In this document: positions 1-10,193 of the stretch, one piece after another | How the letters are laid out: each line of letters starts with the position of its first letter | Numbering within the stretch: the first letter of the stretch is position 1 | Origin: a virus | Taxonomy: Duplodnaviria > Caudoviricetes | IMG/VR virus record: IMGVR_UViG_3300022936_000013 | Span: 1-43,199 of that record | DNA: 43,199 nucleotides | Direction: 5' to 3' (one strand) | Program-made: the position numbers and the translations under genes | The notes under the pieces: generated by a model | Seen by the model: only the letters and a program-made list of their open reading frames with translations | Databases searched by the model: none | Told to the model about the DNA's origin: nothing

Positions 1-702
1 TATTGAATACTTTGCTATGTTCTTTTTCCCTGTACAAATATTTATTTCATCTGAAAGGAATTTAGAACAACTTTCAATATCATAAGGAATAACACTGCTT
101 GCACTCGTATTCTCAAATGACTTTTTAATTACATATAAGATAACATCATTGAACGCTCTACCTCTTTCATTATTAATTACATAACTGACCTGTTTTTCTG
201 AACCGTTAATATAACTCTCATGTAATACGGTCCCGCCTGCTGTCTCTATTCTGTCTTTTTCTTCTTCTACTAATGTATCTGGAACAACTGACCTTGATAC
301 GTGCTGTAACTCCCTGTTTGCTGCTAATTCTAATACATTTACGCTTCTTTCAGAATGCTTTATAACCTCCTTATAAATGTCTAATGTATCAATACTTACT
401 TTTGCCTGACACAAACCCAAATTCCAATTTATCTTTCTGCTGTTGATCCTTGCCTGTACAAATGGTGCATCATTGAAACACGATCTATAAATATCAATTG
501 GCATATTGTTACAACACTTCTCTTGTAATGTTTTGATACTGTTAAAATCCTCTTTCTGAAATACCAATTCACCATTTAATCGTTTACGAAAAAACGCTTC
601 ATTATCTGACTTCTGAATATTCAAAATCAATTTCTGCAATCCGTCGGGATTAACTGTTTTGATACTCGTACCATCCGTTATTTTCGCACTGAATGCAATC
701 AT
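1..702 (-). CDS. Tail protein downstream of tape measure (hub/baseplate-type), partial; runs off the window edge
   Basis: Not in the ORF track. ATG at 702 overlaps the TMP stop (ATGA) and the frame is open to position 1 (MIAFSAKITDGTSIKTVNP...FFRKRLNGELVF). Function inferred from position. Confidence 0.75.
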   Translation of the reverse strand, partial: MIAFSAKITDGTSIKTVNPDGLQKLILNIQKSDNEAFFRKRLNGELVFQKEDFNSIKTLQEKCCNNMPIDIYRSCFNDAPFVQARINSRKINWNLGLCQAKVSIDTLDIYKEVIKHSERSVNVLELAANRELQHVSRSVVPDTLVEEEKDRIETAGGTVLHESYINGSEKQVSYVINNERGRAFNDVILYVIKKSFENTSASSVIPYDIESCSKFLSDEINICTGKKNIAKYSI

Positions 703-3700
703 GGTTTTTTCTTTTTGTTGATGATAACCATTTTATTTTTACTCGTTTTGATTATCTGATCTTCTGTCTCGTGTATCTGCTCGTTGGGGATATTAGATGT
801 AAAATCTCTGATCTGTCCTAATAACTCTACTGCTTTGGAATCATCCTGACTTTTGCCTGTATTGTGTACTACTATTTGCCTGTCTAATTGTAATACCCTT
901 TCTGCTTCCTGATTGTCCCCCTCTGTGAAGAACTTAATACCCATAGGTGACATCATTTTCATTTGCTCTCCTCTTGTCAAATGTCTGAATCTGTCATTAT
1001 TCAATGCATCTAAGAAAGACCGATGTTTTTTTGCTACCTCACGTCTATTCACGTACTCCCCGCCTTCCATGTAAACATTTGTATTGCCAACACGTAAATT
1101 CTCTGATTGCCCGTGCAAATTACCTTCTAACATACCGTTATAATCTCCACCATAACGCAAACGTTGTGCTGCTTTGAATTTACTTTTAATTCCTGCAAAT
1201 GTACCTACTAATGCTGCTGCTGCTGCAACCCCAATCGCAACCCCTACAAACGGAACTTTTGACCAGTCTTTAATTACGTTTGATGCTGCTGCAATCATAT
1301 TCCCAATAGCCAGAAAATTGTTTGCTGCCAATTCTACGCTATCAATAACTGCCTGTTGCTTCTGTACCTTTTTCTTATGCTCTAACTCTTTGTCTCTTTC
1401 CTCTTTTGTTTTATCTAGGATCGCTTTTTCATACTCATATGAATTTGCTAATCCTTTCTGATACTTTTCAAACTCCTGATCTACTAATGTTTGTCTGCCG
1501 CTAATTGCTTCATCTAATATTCGTAAACGATCCTCTGTGTTTTGCAACTCTGCATCTAATACCTGTTTCAATGCATCTTTAACCGTGCTTACTGCATTAC
1601 TAACCGCCTGTTTTGTCAGATTATCTATGTTTGCATCTTCGCTAAACTTGATAACCTTACCTGTTAACTGCTTCCAAACATCACCTGCAACGTCCCACAA
1701 ATCTTTGTACCTGTTTGCGGACAATGCTTGCACCTCAATAAACTTTCCTTGCTTCTGCAATGCGATATTCAAATTCTTTTGCAACTCCTGCAAAGAATCT
1801 TCATTCGCTTTCTTTTGCTCTTCGCTTATCTGCCCCGTTGCGAGACTATTTATATACGCTGCATTCTCTGTGTAATTTTTTAATAATTCTAATTTTTGCT
1901 GATAATATTTAACATCATTATCTAACAAATCTTTTTGCTTGTTTCTTTCAAACTCACTTTCTAATTGACCTGCTTGTAATACTCTGCTTTCAATATCTTT
2001 TTTGATCTTGTCGTTAGACTTATCAATGTTTTTGTTTTGACTTCCTACCCTTGCATCTAATATCTCAAATTGAAACTCTTTATCTAATTTTTTTAACTCG
2101 CTTAGATTATCCTTATATGTTTCTCTTAATTTGCGATACTTGATTTTTATTAATTCTTCCTGCTTCTCTGCTCCTTCTCCTAACCTTGCTGCTTCTCGCT
2201 CCTGCTGTTCTATTGTAATATCAAATCTATCCTTGTATATTTTATCTAAGTCAGTATTGTACATTATTTCTAATGTCTTATTCTTCAATGCAAAATACTG
2301 CCTTGTATCTAATAACGCCTGATCTCTTTGATATTCATCTTCTAATAATTTATCTGCTTCCTCTTTTGTCTTGCCTCCTAATATTAGATTTTCCGTGAAC
2401 GATACCGTTTTGAATTTACCGTTCCCATCTGAAACTACTTTTCCTTTCTGAATGTCGTAAACCTTTTTGAATTTCTCCCTTTCGGATTCTACTACCGCCT
2501 GATCGTATTGTAATTTCTTTTCTAAATACTCCTTGCTCGTTTCTACAAATACCTCTAATTGACGTTTTCCGCCTGTCTCTGCCATTCTACGCAATACACC
2601 TAACGTATCCTCACTTTGCTTCAATCTAACGTTCTCTGCATCTAATTGAATGTCTGTTAATGTTTGCTCAAATTCACGTTGCAACTTCTTTAATTTTTCT
2701 AACTCCCTCTCTCTATCTGCTGCTGCTGCTTTTTGTGCTGCTGTTAATTCTTTATTTCTTTTTGTTGCCTCCTGCTTTTCTTCTGCTGTCCTACTTTTGT
2801 CTATCTCCTGTAGTTTGCCTACTTCACTACTTAGATTCAATAATTTTACTCTACTCTTTTCTATTTCTTCTGCCGATGCTTTTTGATCGTACTTTCTATT
2901 CAAATCTAACTCCTGCAATCTTGCTCTCTCTTGAATCTTTAATAATTCTTCTGCCCTTTTTTTAGGGTCAAGACCCCTAAACACTTCTCTATTTCTGTCC
3001 TGCTCTGCATCAATAACCCTATTTGTACGGACTTTCACACTTGTTGCTAAATCACCTGTGATATATCCGAAAAACTCCTTCCACCCCTCGTTATTAATGA
3101 TATAATTAATATCCTTCAATGTGTCTGCAATGCCGTTTTTGATGCTTGCAAAAAACTCACTAATTCTCGCTTTCTTGTCAAATGTTAATATAATTTCTTC
3201 AAATGCTGTTTGTAATCTATTACCTGCCCCTGTTACTGAATCAATATTATCAACTGCATTTTTGCCGTATGCTTTTTCTAATTCTGCTGCAAACTTAGGC
3301 AATGTTTCTGCTGCCAAAATCTCCCCTTGCTCCATCATTTTTAATAACTTCGGCTCTGTAACGCCTATCGCCTTCGCAAACAAACCAATAGCCCCCGGTA
3401 TTTGATCTCCTATCTGATTTTTTAATTCTTCCGCATTTACTGTCCCTTTACTTAATGCATCTGAAAAACCTTTCAATGTAAGATTTAAACCCTCATTGCT
3501 TAACTTCAATCCTGCCCCTGCTACTGTAACAGACTTGAATAACCTTTCTGTTTGTGTTTGTGATAAATTCGCCTGCTGCCCTGCTGCATATACTCTTTTA
3601 TAACCTTCTGCTAATCCTAATAAATCTAAACCGTATTTATTTGCTGTACGACTTAGAAACGCCAATGTTCTGTTATACTCTGCACTGCTTTTCGATATAT

Positions 3701-4208
3701 TCTCCAAAGGTTTTAACGCACTTTGATATTTACTTGCCGTTTCAATCGTCAATTCCAAACCTTTCTTGATTGCATAAACAACTGCTAATACTCCGCCAAA
3801 CTGCGTAACTATACCTTTTGCTATATCAATTAAACTTGCACTTTTCTTATTTGCAATATTTAACCCGTCGTTGATCTCTCTGATCCTGTCCCTGACTGCT
3901 GATAAATCCTTTTTTGCCTTGTCGTACGCTGCTGAATTGTTAAATTCTGCCTGTGCCTTTGCTAAATCTTTTTCTGCTGCTCTAAGGCGTTTTAATTCTT
4001 CCTCGTATGCCTTTGCACTGCGAAGAATTGTGTTGTATATCCTTGTACCGTCGGATAACGTTCTGTTATAATCTTTTGCCCCGTCATTCTGTTTGCTCTG
4101 CTTCTTCTCTATCTCCTCTATCTGCTTTTTTAGATCACGCAAGTCATTCAATGCATTGTCTACATTGAAAACCCAATCCGTCGTAACTGTTGTTGCATTA
4201 TCTGCCAT
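699..4208 (-). CDS. Tape measure protein
   Basis: 1169 aa, coiled-coil/Ala-rich; tape-measure motif SKGTVNAEELKNQIGDQIPGA; hydrophobic segment near the C-terminus; follows the chaperone-like gene. Confidence 0.93.
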   Translation of the reverse strand: MADNATTVTTDWVFNVDNALNDLRDLKKQIEEIEKKQSKQNDGAKDYNRTLSDGTRIYNTILRSAKAYEEELKRLRAAEKDLAKAQAEFNNSAAYDKAKKDLSAVRDRIREINDGLNIANKKSASLIDIAKGIVTQFGGVLAVVYAIKKGLELTIETASKYQSALKPLENISKSSAEYNRTLAFLSRTANKYGLDLLGLAEGYKRVYAAGQQANLSQTQTERLFKSVTVAGAGLKLSNEGLNLTLKGFSDALSKGTVNAEELKNQIGDQIPGAIGLFAKAIGVTEPKLLKMMEQGEILAAETLPKFAAELEKAYGKNAVDNIDSVTGAGNRLQTAFEEIILTFDKKARISEFFASIKNGIADTLKDINYIINNEGWKEFFGYITGDLATSVKVRTNRVIDAEQDRNREVFRGLDPKKRAEELLKIQERARLQELDLNRKYDQKASAEEIEKSRVKLLNLSSEVGKLQEIDKSRTAEEKQEATKRNKELTAAQKAAAADRERELEKLKKLQREFEQTLTDIQLDAENVRLKQSEDTLGVLRRMAETGGKRQLEVFVETSKEYLEKKLQYDQAVVESEREKFKKVYDIQKGKVVSDGNGKFKTVSFTENLILGGKTKEEADKLLEDEYQRDQALLDTRQYFALKNKTLEIMYNTDLDKIYKDRFDITIEQQEREAARLGEGAEKQEELIKIKYRKLRETYKDNLSELKKLDKEFQFEILDARVGSQNKNIDKSNDKIKKDIESRVLQAGQLESEFERNKQKDLLDNDVKYYQQKLELLKNYTENAAYINSLATGQISEEQKKANEDSLQELQKNLNIALQKQGKFIEVQALSANRYKDLWDVAGDVWKQLTGKVIKFSEDANIDNLTKQAVSNAVSTVKDALKQVLDAELQNTEDRLRILDEAISGRQTLVDQEFEKYQKGLANSYEYEKAILDKTKEERDKELEHKKKVQKQQAVIDSVELAANNFLAIGNMIAAASNVIKDWSKVPFVGVAIGVAAAAALVGTFAGIKSKFKAAQRLRYGGDYNGMLEGNLHGQSENLRVGNTNVYMEGGEYVNRREVAKKHRSFLDALNNDRFRHLTRGEQMKMMSPMGIKFFTEGDNQEAERVLQLDRQIVVHNTGKSQDDSKAVELLGQIRDFTSNIPNEQIHETEDQIIKTSKNKMVIINKKKKP

Positions 4209-4530
4209 TGTTGCCCGTTGTTAATCTTGCATTCTGCTGTTCAACTATATTCTTGTGCTGTTCGTATAACATGAAAAATTTAACCCATGTTATACGCCTT
4301 GTATCTATGTCTCTTAGAAAATAATAATAAGATGCCCAACGTGCATGAGTGTCTTTCATTGCCCTTGTTCTGGATTTGGGTCTATCTGGTCCCAAATTTT
4401 CCTCTTCGCTCTCTCCATCTGTCTCTCGTAATCCTTGCTCGTTCCCACGTCGTCCAAAAGTATCAGGGAAATACTCTCTAGCACGCTTTTGTATTTCGCC
4501 AATAAACTTATTGACAAACCCAAAAAAAAA
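4198..4530 (-). CDS. Tail assembly chaperone extension (gpT-like) reached by -1 frameshift, or a separate 53-aa ORF from ATG 4359
   Basis: The -1 frame relative to the chaperone ORF is stop-free from 4536 to 4198, starting just upstream of a T9 run (4530-4522). An ATGA-coupled start at 4359 is an alternative. Confidence 0.6.
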   Translation of the reverse strand, partial: FFFGFVNKFIGEIQKRAREYFPDTFGRRGNEQGLRETDGESEEENLGPDRPKSRTRAMKDTHARWASYYYFLRDIDTRRITWVKFFMLYEQHKNIVEQQNARLTTGNNGR

Positions 4531-4958
4531 GACATATCATACTCTTTTCTCCAAATCTCTATTTTCTGCCTCGCTAACGTTTCGTTCCATTCAAAAACAT
4601 CTTCCCCCTCCATATAGATAAATACTGTTGCTAACCATAGAGAAAAAGGATACTTCTTTTCTTTGTCCATCATCCCCGCAACTATGTTATATAAGATAAC
4701 GTGTGCATCGTGTGTCTCTTGTTTCTTAACCAAACTCATTGTTTGCCTTAGATTGGTCAACAAACTATCAAATGTCGTTGCAAACCCTACTTGGATTAAA
4801 TGTTTGTCCATCAACTCAAACCTTTCTGCTGTCAATTCATCTACATTCGTTTCAACAAAAAACATCTTACCATTTTTAGATGTAAATTCCGTTGTCCCCT
4901 CTGGTAAATATACTATTGCTTTTCTAGGGTCTTTCTCGTGTCTTATTCTTTGATCCAT
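4356..4958 (-). CDS. Putative tail assembly chaperone (gpG-like)
   Basis: Immediately upstream of TMP and contains a slippery T9 (MSFFLG). ATG 4958 is preferred over the track's TTG at 4994. Confidence 0.6.
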   Translation of the reverse strand: MDQRIRHEKDPRKAIVYLPEGTTEFTSKNGKMFFVETNVDELTAERFELMDKHLIQVGFATTFDSLLTNLRQTMSLVKKQETHDAHVILYNIVAGMMDKEKKYPFSLWLATVFIYMEGEDVFEWNETLARQKIEIWRKEYDMSFFLGLSISLLAKYKSVLESISLILLDDVGTSKDYERQMERAKRKIWDQIDPNPEQGQ

Positions 4959-5320
4959 AACTTTTGCAAAATGTTTGTTAAATATATTGTCCAAACCACA
5001 ATCATAATGTGATTAATTATGCTGTAATCTCCCCAAAAATTAAATATATAACTGTAAAAACTAACCTGTCCTGCTAAACATAAACTACACTCGAAAACTG
5101 GATAAAGAAACTTTGCTAATCTGTTATAATGATTCTGATCGAAAACAACATTTCTGCTTGCCATCCTGTCTATCATATCGTATGCAAATTGTCTGATAAA
5201 TCCTAATATTTCCCCTTCCTTACTTAACTTGTTAACAAATATGATTGCAAACACTGCTGAACTAGCACAAAGCAGTACTTGGGTTAATAGTGAGGTCAGG
5301 TAAGCAACTATCTGTATCAT
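4943..5320 (-). CDS. Small membrane protein with CxxC (DUF1360-like; possible holin)
   Basis: Hydrophobic helices plus FECSLCLAGQ motif. Confidence 0.5.
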   Translation of the reverse strand: MIQIVAYLTSLLTQVLLCASSAVFAIIFVNKLSKEGEILGFIRQFAYDMIDRMASRNVVFDQNHYNRLAKFLYPVFECSLCLAGQVSFYSYIFNFWGDYSIINHIMIVVWTIYLTNILQKLWIKE

Positions 5321-5933
5321 GTACTAATGAATTTAATGTTAAACTAATTCTAAAACAACTGTATGGACACCCTGTTAATAAACTGACATTGTAATAACTG
5401 TATTGTGAAAAGATACTAGGATCATTTTCTAATCTTCCTTCCTCTACTGATTCAATCGCTGCAAATATTTGTGCAAAACCTATTGGAACATCTATACTAC
5501 CTGTGACTAAATCTAACATCTTTGCCATCAATATAGACTGCAAACCGACCTGTGTAATGAATAATTCGGGATTGTAGAAACATATCAAATCTAAACTGCT
5601 TGTATGTGAGGAAACCCCGTTTAAATCTTCGCTTACATTATCTGTTCTGCTTCTGCCTCCTTCAAAATAAACCAAACATCTTTGCTTGCCTGTTGGAACT
5701 AAATCTAATTTGTCTTTAGGTGCATTCATCCCATCACACACCGTCCCACCAATACAATCAACTGGATACGGAACTTTCTTTCTTACTACCTTTTCTTTCC
5801 CCTCATTTATAATCTTTTCGTTAAACTCCAATGTTCTTACTAATCCGTATAAATGACTAATAACAGATTCATTGTTTGAATCTACAAAATTCGCTAATCT
5901 ATTCTTTAATATGCCCGCTAAATCCTTATTCAT
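5262..5933 (-). CDS. Putative tail terminator/completion protein
   Basis: 223 aa in the neck region; function from position only. Confidence 0.45.
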   Translation of the reverse strand: MNKDLAGILKNRLANFVDSNNESVISHLYGLVRTLEFNEKIINEGKEKVVRKKVPYPVDCIGGTVCDGMNAPKDKLDLVPTGKQRCLVYFEGGRSRTDNVSEDLNGVSSHTSSLDLICFYNPELFITQVGLQSILMAKMLDLVTGSIDVPIGFAQIFAAIESVEEGRLENDPSIFSQYSYYNVSLLTGCPYSCFRISLTLNSLVHDTDSCLPDLTINPSTALC

Positions 5934-6469
5934 CTTAATTTATTTAAAACAAAGTTAGTCATATCTACCGCAAAATCCTTGCTTAAATCTCTTTTTTCGT
6001 CGTCTGTTGGAATAAAAAATGTACCGTATTCCATTGCTAAATATTTTGCATATTTCTCTACCTCTGGATCGTTTACGCCTGTACGGACAATTGTCATGCC
6101 CTTGCCTCTGAATATTGATTGAATCCCTAAATCTGTCCAAAATCTGTTGGAATAGGATAGATTGACATTATCACTACCTCTACCCTGTGCCTCTTTGAAT
6201 CCGTCCCAATTACCTAATGCGTTTTTCTTTATATAATCTGCCCCTGCTGCGTTTAATTCCTTGCCTTTTAAAAACCATGTCGGATAAACATTTGTAGAAT
6301 ACTTTGCATATCTTCCTTTATCACCTCCTACAAATATTCCATCATTTATGCTTCTGTTTTTGATTAATGTAATTGAACTTTGCACCTTTACTACGCATAA
6401 TCTTTCTACCTCCGTTTCTAAACCGTTGATTGCTGATTCAATGCCTCTTATGTATTCTGCTAATTCCAT
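5930..6469 (-). CDS. Putative neck/tail completion protein
   Basis: 179 aa; VNLSYSNRFW motif and position resemble virion morphogenesis proteins. Confidence 0.5.
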   Translation of the reverse strand: MELAEYIRGIESAINGLETEVERLCVVKVQSSITLIKNRSINDGIFVGGDKGRYAKYSTNVYPTWFLKGKELNAAGADYIKKNALGNWDGFKEAQGRGSDNVNLSYSNRFWTDLGIQSIFRGKGMTIVRTGVNDPEVEKYAKYLAMEYGTFFIPTDDEKRDLSKDFAVDMTNFVLNKLR

Positions 6470-7546
6470 TTATAAAATCATTCCCTGTGTCCTGCCTATC
6501 TGATTAGGGCGACACATAAAACATTTCATGTAAATATCATAAAGATTGTAATTTGCAATCTCTGTCAATGTCCCTGCCCATGCTAAACCGTATCCTGTGA
6601 TATTTCTGTTATATCCGTCAATATCCATTACTACAAATGCTGTTAATCCTTCGCTTGTTGCCTGCTGTTCTGTGATAAGAAAATTTTGCAATGTCTTTTC
6701 CTGTATCGCTTTTGCTATCAAATGCTTTACTGTATCGTTACTCTTAGCTAATGCACACGCTAACCATTGATCGTTACACGTCAAATGCAATTGAAAGATT
6801 AAACCGTATGACATACCAGACGGGAAAACTTTAAAGAATTTATTCAACATCGCATTGTTTCTGTTGCAATTGCTGCAACTAATATCACTGCTGTACATGA
6901 TGACCTTTGTAGGATCATAGACATAATATAATTCATATCTTGCTCCATCAACTGCGAATTGTACTGAATCATCACCCAAATAATACAACTCTGTATCTTT
7001 GTCTTTATCCACAACAATATAAAAGTTATCAACAATTGTGGATATGTTGTTTTTAATTCTTCTTAGAGAAATTTCTATTTGTGTAGATATCGTGTTATTT
7101 ACCAATTTACCAACAAATCCAACATGAGTTATTTTTATATAACCTCCTTCAACATTGTTCATCTGTAAAGGAATTATCTTTTCTCCTGCTGCCTCGCTTG
7201 TTGTTAATGATCCGTAACCTTGCTTGCCTAATGTGAAACCTCTGTTTACAGAAGATGTAAACTTATTGTTCAACATTAATGAGATTCTTAATACTGTTTC
7301 CCTGATCGCCTGATACTTTGCATTTAATAATCTTGTCCATACATCGTTTTCTCCGCAACCTGCTTCACGTAGAAACATACTTGTTTTGATGCCTTCATGT
7401 TCATCAACAAAGATTCCTGTTTCACTTGTTGTTATCTCCTGTACCTGATCCGCATTCATCATAGGGAAACAATCACAATCTTTTTCTGTTATGCCTACTA
7501 AACCAGATAGACACTCCATGATACCCGCCTTTAAAATCTCGCTCAT
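6470..7546 (-). CDS. Putative head-tail adaptor/head completion protein, Cys-rich
   Basis: 358 aa directly after the major capsid gene; CDC, CSNC and CFMC motifs. Confidence 0.5.
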   Translation of the reverse strand: MSEILKAGIMECLSGLVGITEKDCDCFPMMNADQVQEITTSETGIFVDEHEGIKTSMFLREAGCGENDVWTRLLNAKYQAIRETVLRISLMLNNKFTSSVNRGFTLGKQGYGSLTTSEAAGEKIIPLQMNNVEGGYIKITHVGFVGKLVNNTISTQIEISLRRIKNNISTIVDNFYIVVDKDKDTELYYLGDDSVQFAVDGARYELYYVYDPTKVIMYSSDISCSNCNRNNAMLNKFFKVFPSGMSYGLIFQLHLTCNDQWLACALAKSNDTVKHLIAKAIQEKTLQNFLITEQQATSEGLTAFVVMDIDGYNRNITGYGLAWAGTLTEIANYNLYDIYMKCFMCRPNQIGRTQGMIL

Positions 7547-7573
7547 TTTCTGATTCTTTTAATGCAAGTTATA

Positions 7574-7605
7574 CAAAAAAAGGGAGTTATCAACCCCCTT
7601 TTTTG
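7574..7605 (-). terminator. Intrinsic terminator after the major capsid gene
   Basis: Minus strand GGGGGTT-GAT-AACTCCC followed by T7; A-tract on the other side. Confidence 0.8.
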
Positions 7606-7638
7606 CTCTTTTTAACCTAAACACTACCTTTTTTTGCC

Positions 7639-8781
7639 TTATACGTTTTCTACAATTGTACGAACCGCTTTCATTGGTGTTAAGAACAAATCGCTAGTAT
7701 CGTCACTGTGGAAACGAATTACCCCTGTTCTGCCTTCTAAGCAAGAAGTAGGGTTCAATTTTATCTCTAACTTGTACTCCAAATTGTATGTATATACAAA
7801 CTCACATCTGTTATCTACATTCAAATTGCCATACTGATTCTCTGCAATCTCACGTTTTTCAAACTTCGTTGTAATATCCATGAATTGCGGTTGCCCGTTC
7901 AAATTATAGATACTTGGTAACGCTCTTGAAATATGTGTTTCGTTGAAATTAGAACCAACAATGTTTTCTTGTGATGTAGGATAATTGTACGTATTAAATA
8001 CGCCTACTGCTCCCTGTGACACCAAAAACAAATCATCTTCTAAATCCTGCTCTGGAAAATCTATCATGTCGCTGAATACGTCCCAACGTCCAAACTTGAA
8101 TTTCTCCAAATCTCCCTGTACATCTTCTAATGTACTCATTACTTCACCTGCGATGATGAAAGGATTCACCATATCGTTTCTACGTTGTACCATTCTCAAC
8201 ATTGAACCGAATGATTCTGGAAAAAGATTCTTATATGGAAAATCTGTAATCTTCCATGATGTCGGTCCCGTTCCGCCATCACTCAACATTCCACCATGAT
8301 AATCATTTAATCCTGCAAACGTTGCCAATTTCGCAACTGATAAACTATTTGCTTTTTCAATGATACCCTTCACCGCTTTTAACCAACCTTCGTTGAATAA
8401 CTCCTGCGGTGTGAATAGATTATCATAAATCTTGTAAGGGATTGCGAATGTATCTGTGATGATTGTAGAAATTGTTACTTCATCTTTGTTCGTTCCTACT
8501 GTCCATCCTGTAAAATCACAAGGAACATCACGCACCCAACGATTAGTTAAGATTTGTGGATTGTTTGTACACGCTTCCACCCATGCAATCACCTGTTTAG
8601 GTGTCATCATTCTGTTTTGGAACTTAGGCATTTTAGCGGTTGTATTCTCGCATAACGCTCTAAATGTTGGGGCTTCTGGTACATAACGGGTGTTTGCCGT
8701 TGCTCTTGAATCTTCCCATAACTCTTCTGCTCTCGCTAACATATCGGGCAATGCCGAGGCTTCTATAACTGTAACATCCAT
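7639..8781 (-). CDS. Major capsid protein
   Basis: About 380 aa from ATG 8781 (MDVTVIE; the track start overlaps the scaffold gene). Lies after the scaffold-like gene and before a strong terminator. Confidence 0.75.
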   Translation of the reverse strand: MDVTVIEASALPDMLARAEELWEDSRATANTRYVPEAPTFRALCENTTAKMPKFQNRMMTPKQVIAWVEACTNNPQILTNRWVRDVPCDFTGWTVGTNKDEVTISTIITDTFAIPYKIYDNLFTPQELFNEGWLKAVKGIIEKANSLSVAKLATFAGLNDYHGGMLSDGGTGPTSWKITDFPYKNLFPESFGSMLRMVQRRNDMVNPFIIAGEVMSTLEDVQGDLEKFKFGRWDVFSDMIDFPEQDLEDDLFLVSQGAVGVFNTYNYPTSQENIVGSNFNETHISRALPSIYNLNGQPQFMDITTKFEKREIAENQYGNLNVDNRCEFVYTYNLEYKLEIKLNPTSCLEGRTGVIRFHSDDTSDLFLTPMKAVRTIVENV

Positions 8782-8836
8782 GTTTTTGTAGATATTAATT
8801 ATTATTAATTCCTCGGCAATACCGTACTGCCGAGTT

Positions 8837-9778
8837 TTATGTTTGTGCTGTTTCTGCTTGTTTAGCCGCTTCGTAACCAAACTTATCTTCAAATGCTTCT
8901 CTAACTTCTTTCTTTGCAGAAATTGGCAATATCGGATCGTTTAATATACCGACGTATTCATCTCTGCTTGTTGGTGCTGTCCCCTTGAAGTTGATAGGCT
9001 CAAATGTTTTCTCACCTTCTCCGCCTTCTCCTCCTAATTTTGGATTGTCCGCACCCTTTGCAATAATATCACCAAAGAAACGACTAAAGTTTTTAGTGTA
9101 ATCAGATTCTAAGGTTTGGAATTGACCTTTATTTGTCACGTCCTTAATCTTATCACCTTTTTCGTCTACCTTATAATATTTCTTGTCTTTTTCATCAAAC
9201 ACATACTTACCTTTCTGAATCTTTGCTAACACTGCATCACGTAAATCCGCTTTCGTTTCTTCATCTGTTGGAATCTTGAATTTACCAGATGCTAACAATT
9301 GATCTCCAATTGCTTCGATACGCATTTTTTCCGTCTCTGCTGCTGCTTCGCCTTTTGCTGCATCCCTTTCTGCTGTTAATGTTTCTTTCTCTGCTTCCAA
9401 AGCATCAATCTTTGCCTGATACTCTGCTTTGATTGATTCAACGTCTTTGCCTTCGTCTTTGCCTAACGTAGTCTTGAAATGAGCCTCTAAGGTTTTACCA
9501 ATACTTTTTAGTTCTTCAATCTTAAGTTCTCCATCAAAACCAACTTTCTTAAGACTTGCAGACAATACAGGTAATAACTTCTTTGTGCCTTCTTCAATAC
9601 CTTCTTTTTTGCCTTTTTGCAAACCTGCTGTATATGTAGAATCCTGTACGGTTTCTATCAGATCATCAAGTTCGTCTTTCTTGTCAGGCTTTAACAAGGC
9701 TTCAACATCTTTCTGTGAAATATTGAGTTTAAACGCATTAATCAACCTCCATAGGGCTGCTAATTCTTCCTGTGTCAT
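8837..9778 (-). CDS. Capsid scaffolding protein
   Basis: K/E-rich coiled coil, Gly-rich linker near the C-terminus, directly upstream of the capsid gene; likely start MTQEEL. Confidence 0.7.
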   Translation of the reverse strand: MTQEELAALWRLINAFKLNISQKDVEALLKPDKKDELDDLIETVQDSTYTAGLQKGKKEGIEEGTKKLLPVLSASLKKVGFDGELKIEELKSIGKTLEAHFKTTLGKDEGKDVESIKAEYQAKIDALEAEKETLTAERDAAKGEAAAETEKMRIEAIGDQLLASGKFKIPTDEETKADLRDAVLAKIQKGKYVFDEKDKKYYKVDEKGDKIKDVTNKGQFQTLESDYTKNFSRFFGDIIAKGADNPKLGGEGGEGEKTFEPINFKGTAPTSRDEYVGILNDPILPISAKKEVREAFEDKFGYEAAKQAETAQT

Positions 9779-9943
9779 GTATGTATTTGTTTTTTCGGTG
9801 AAACACTCCAACTTAAGTTTTATTCCGCAGGGTCTTACAACCTACAATCAGGACTTACACCTGTTTTGCATTTACGTTATGCTTAACAATCTATTTTTAA
9901 GGAATAGAAACCTTTACTTTATTTATCTGTCGTTTCTGTCGCT

Positions 9944-10165
9944 CTATTGGGCTGTACTATCTACTACAACATCTTCCGTCGCTTCTTCGCCCGCTTTTTT
10001 ACCTGTTGCTACTTTGCCTGTTTTGGGCTTTGTTGGCTCTCCTGTAACTTCTCCTTCTTTTTTAAGGAACTTGTACATTTTAGCTTTCTTTACTAACGCT
10101 TCCGCTTCCGCTTCTGTTAATTCAAGACTGCTGCCCGCAGGTGTTTTATATAAGAATTTTTGCAT
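9944..10165 (-). CDS. Small hypothetical protein with charged disordered tail
   Basis: 73-aa ORF with an A-rich start context. Confidence 0.7.
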   Translation of the reverse strand: MQKFLYKTPAGSSLELTEAEAEALVKKAKMYKFLKKEGEVTGEPTKPKTGKVATGKKAGEEATEDVVVDSTAQ

Positions 10166-10193
10166 TGCCTTTTATTAATTAAAAAATTATTGC

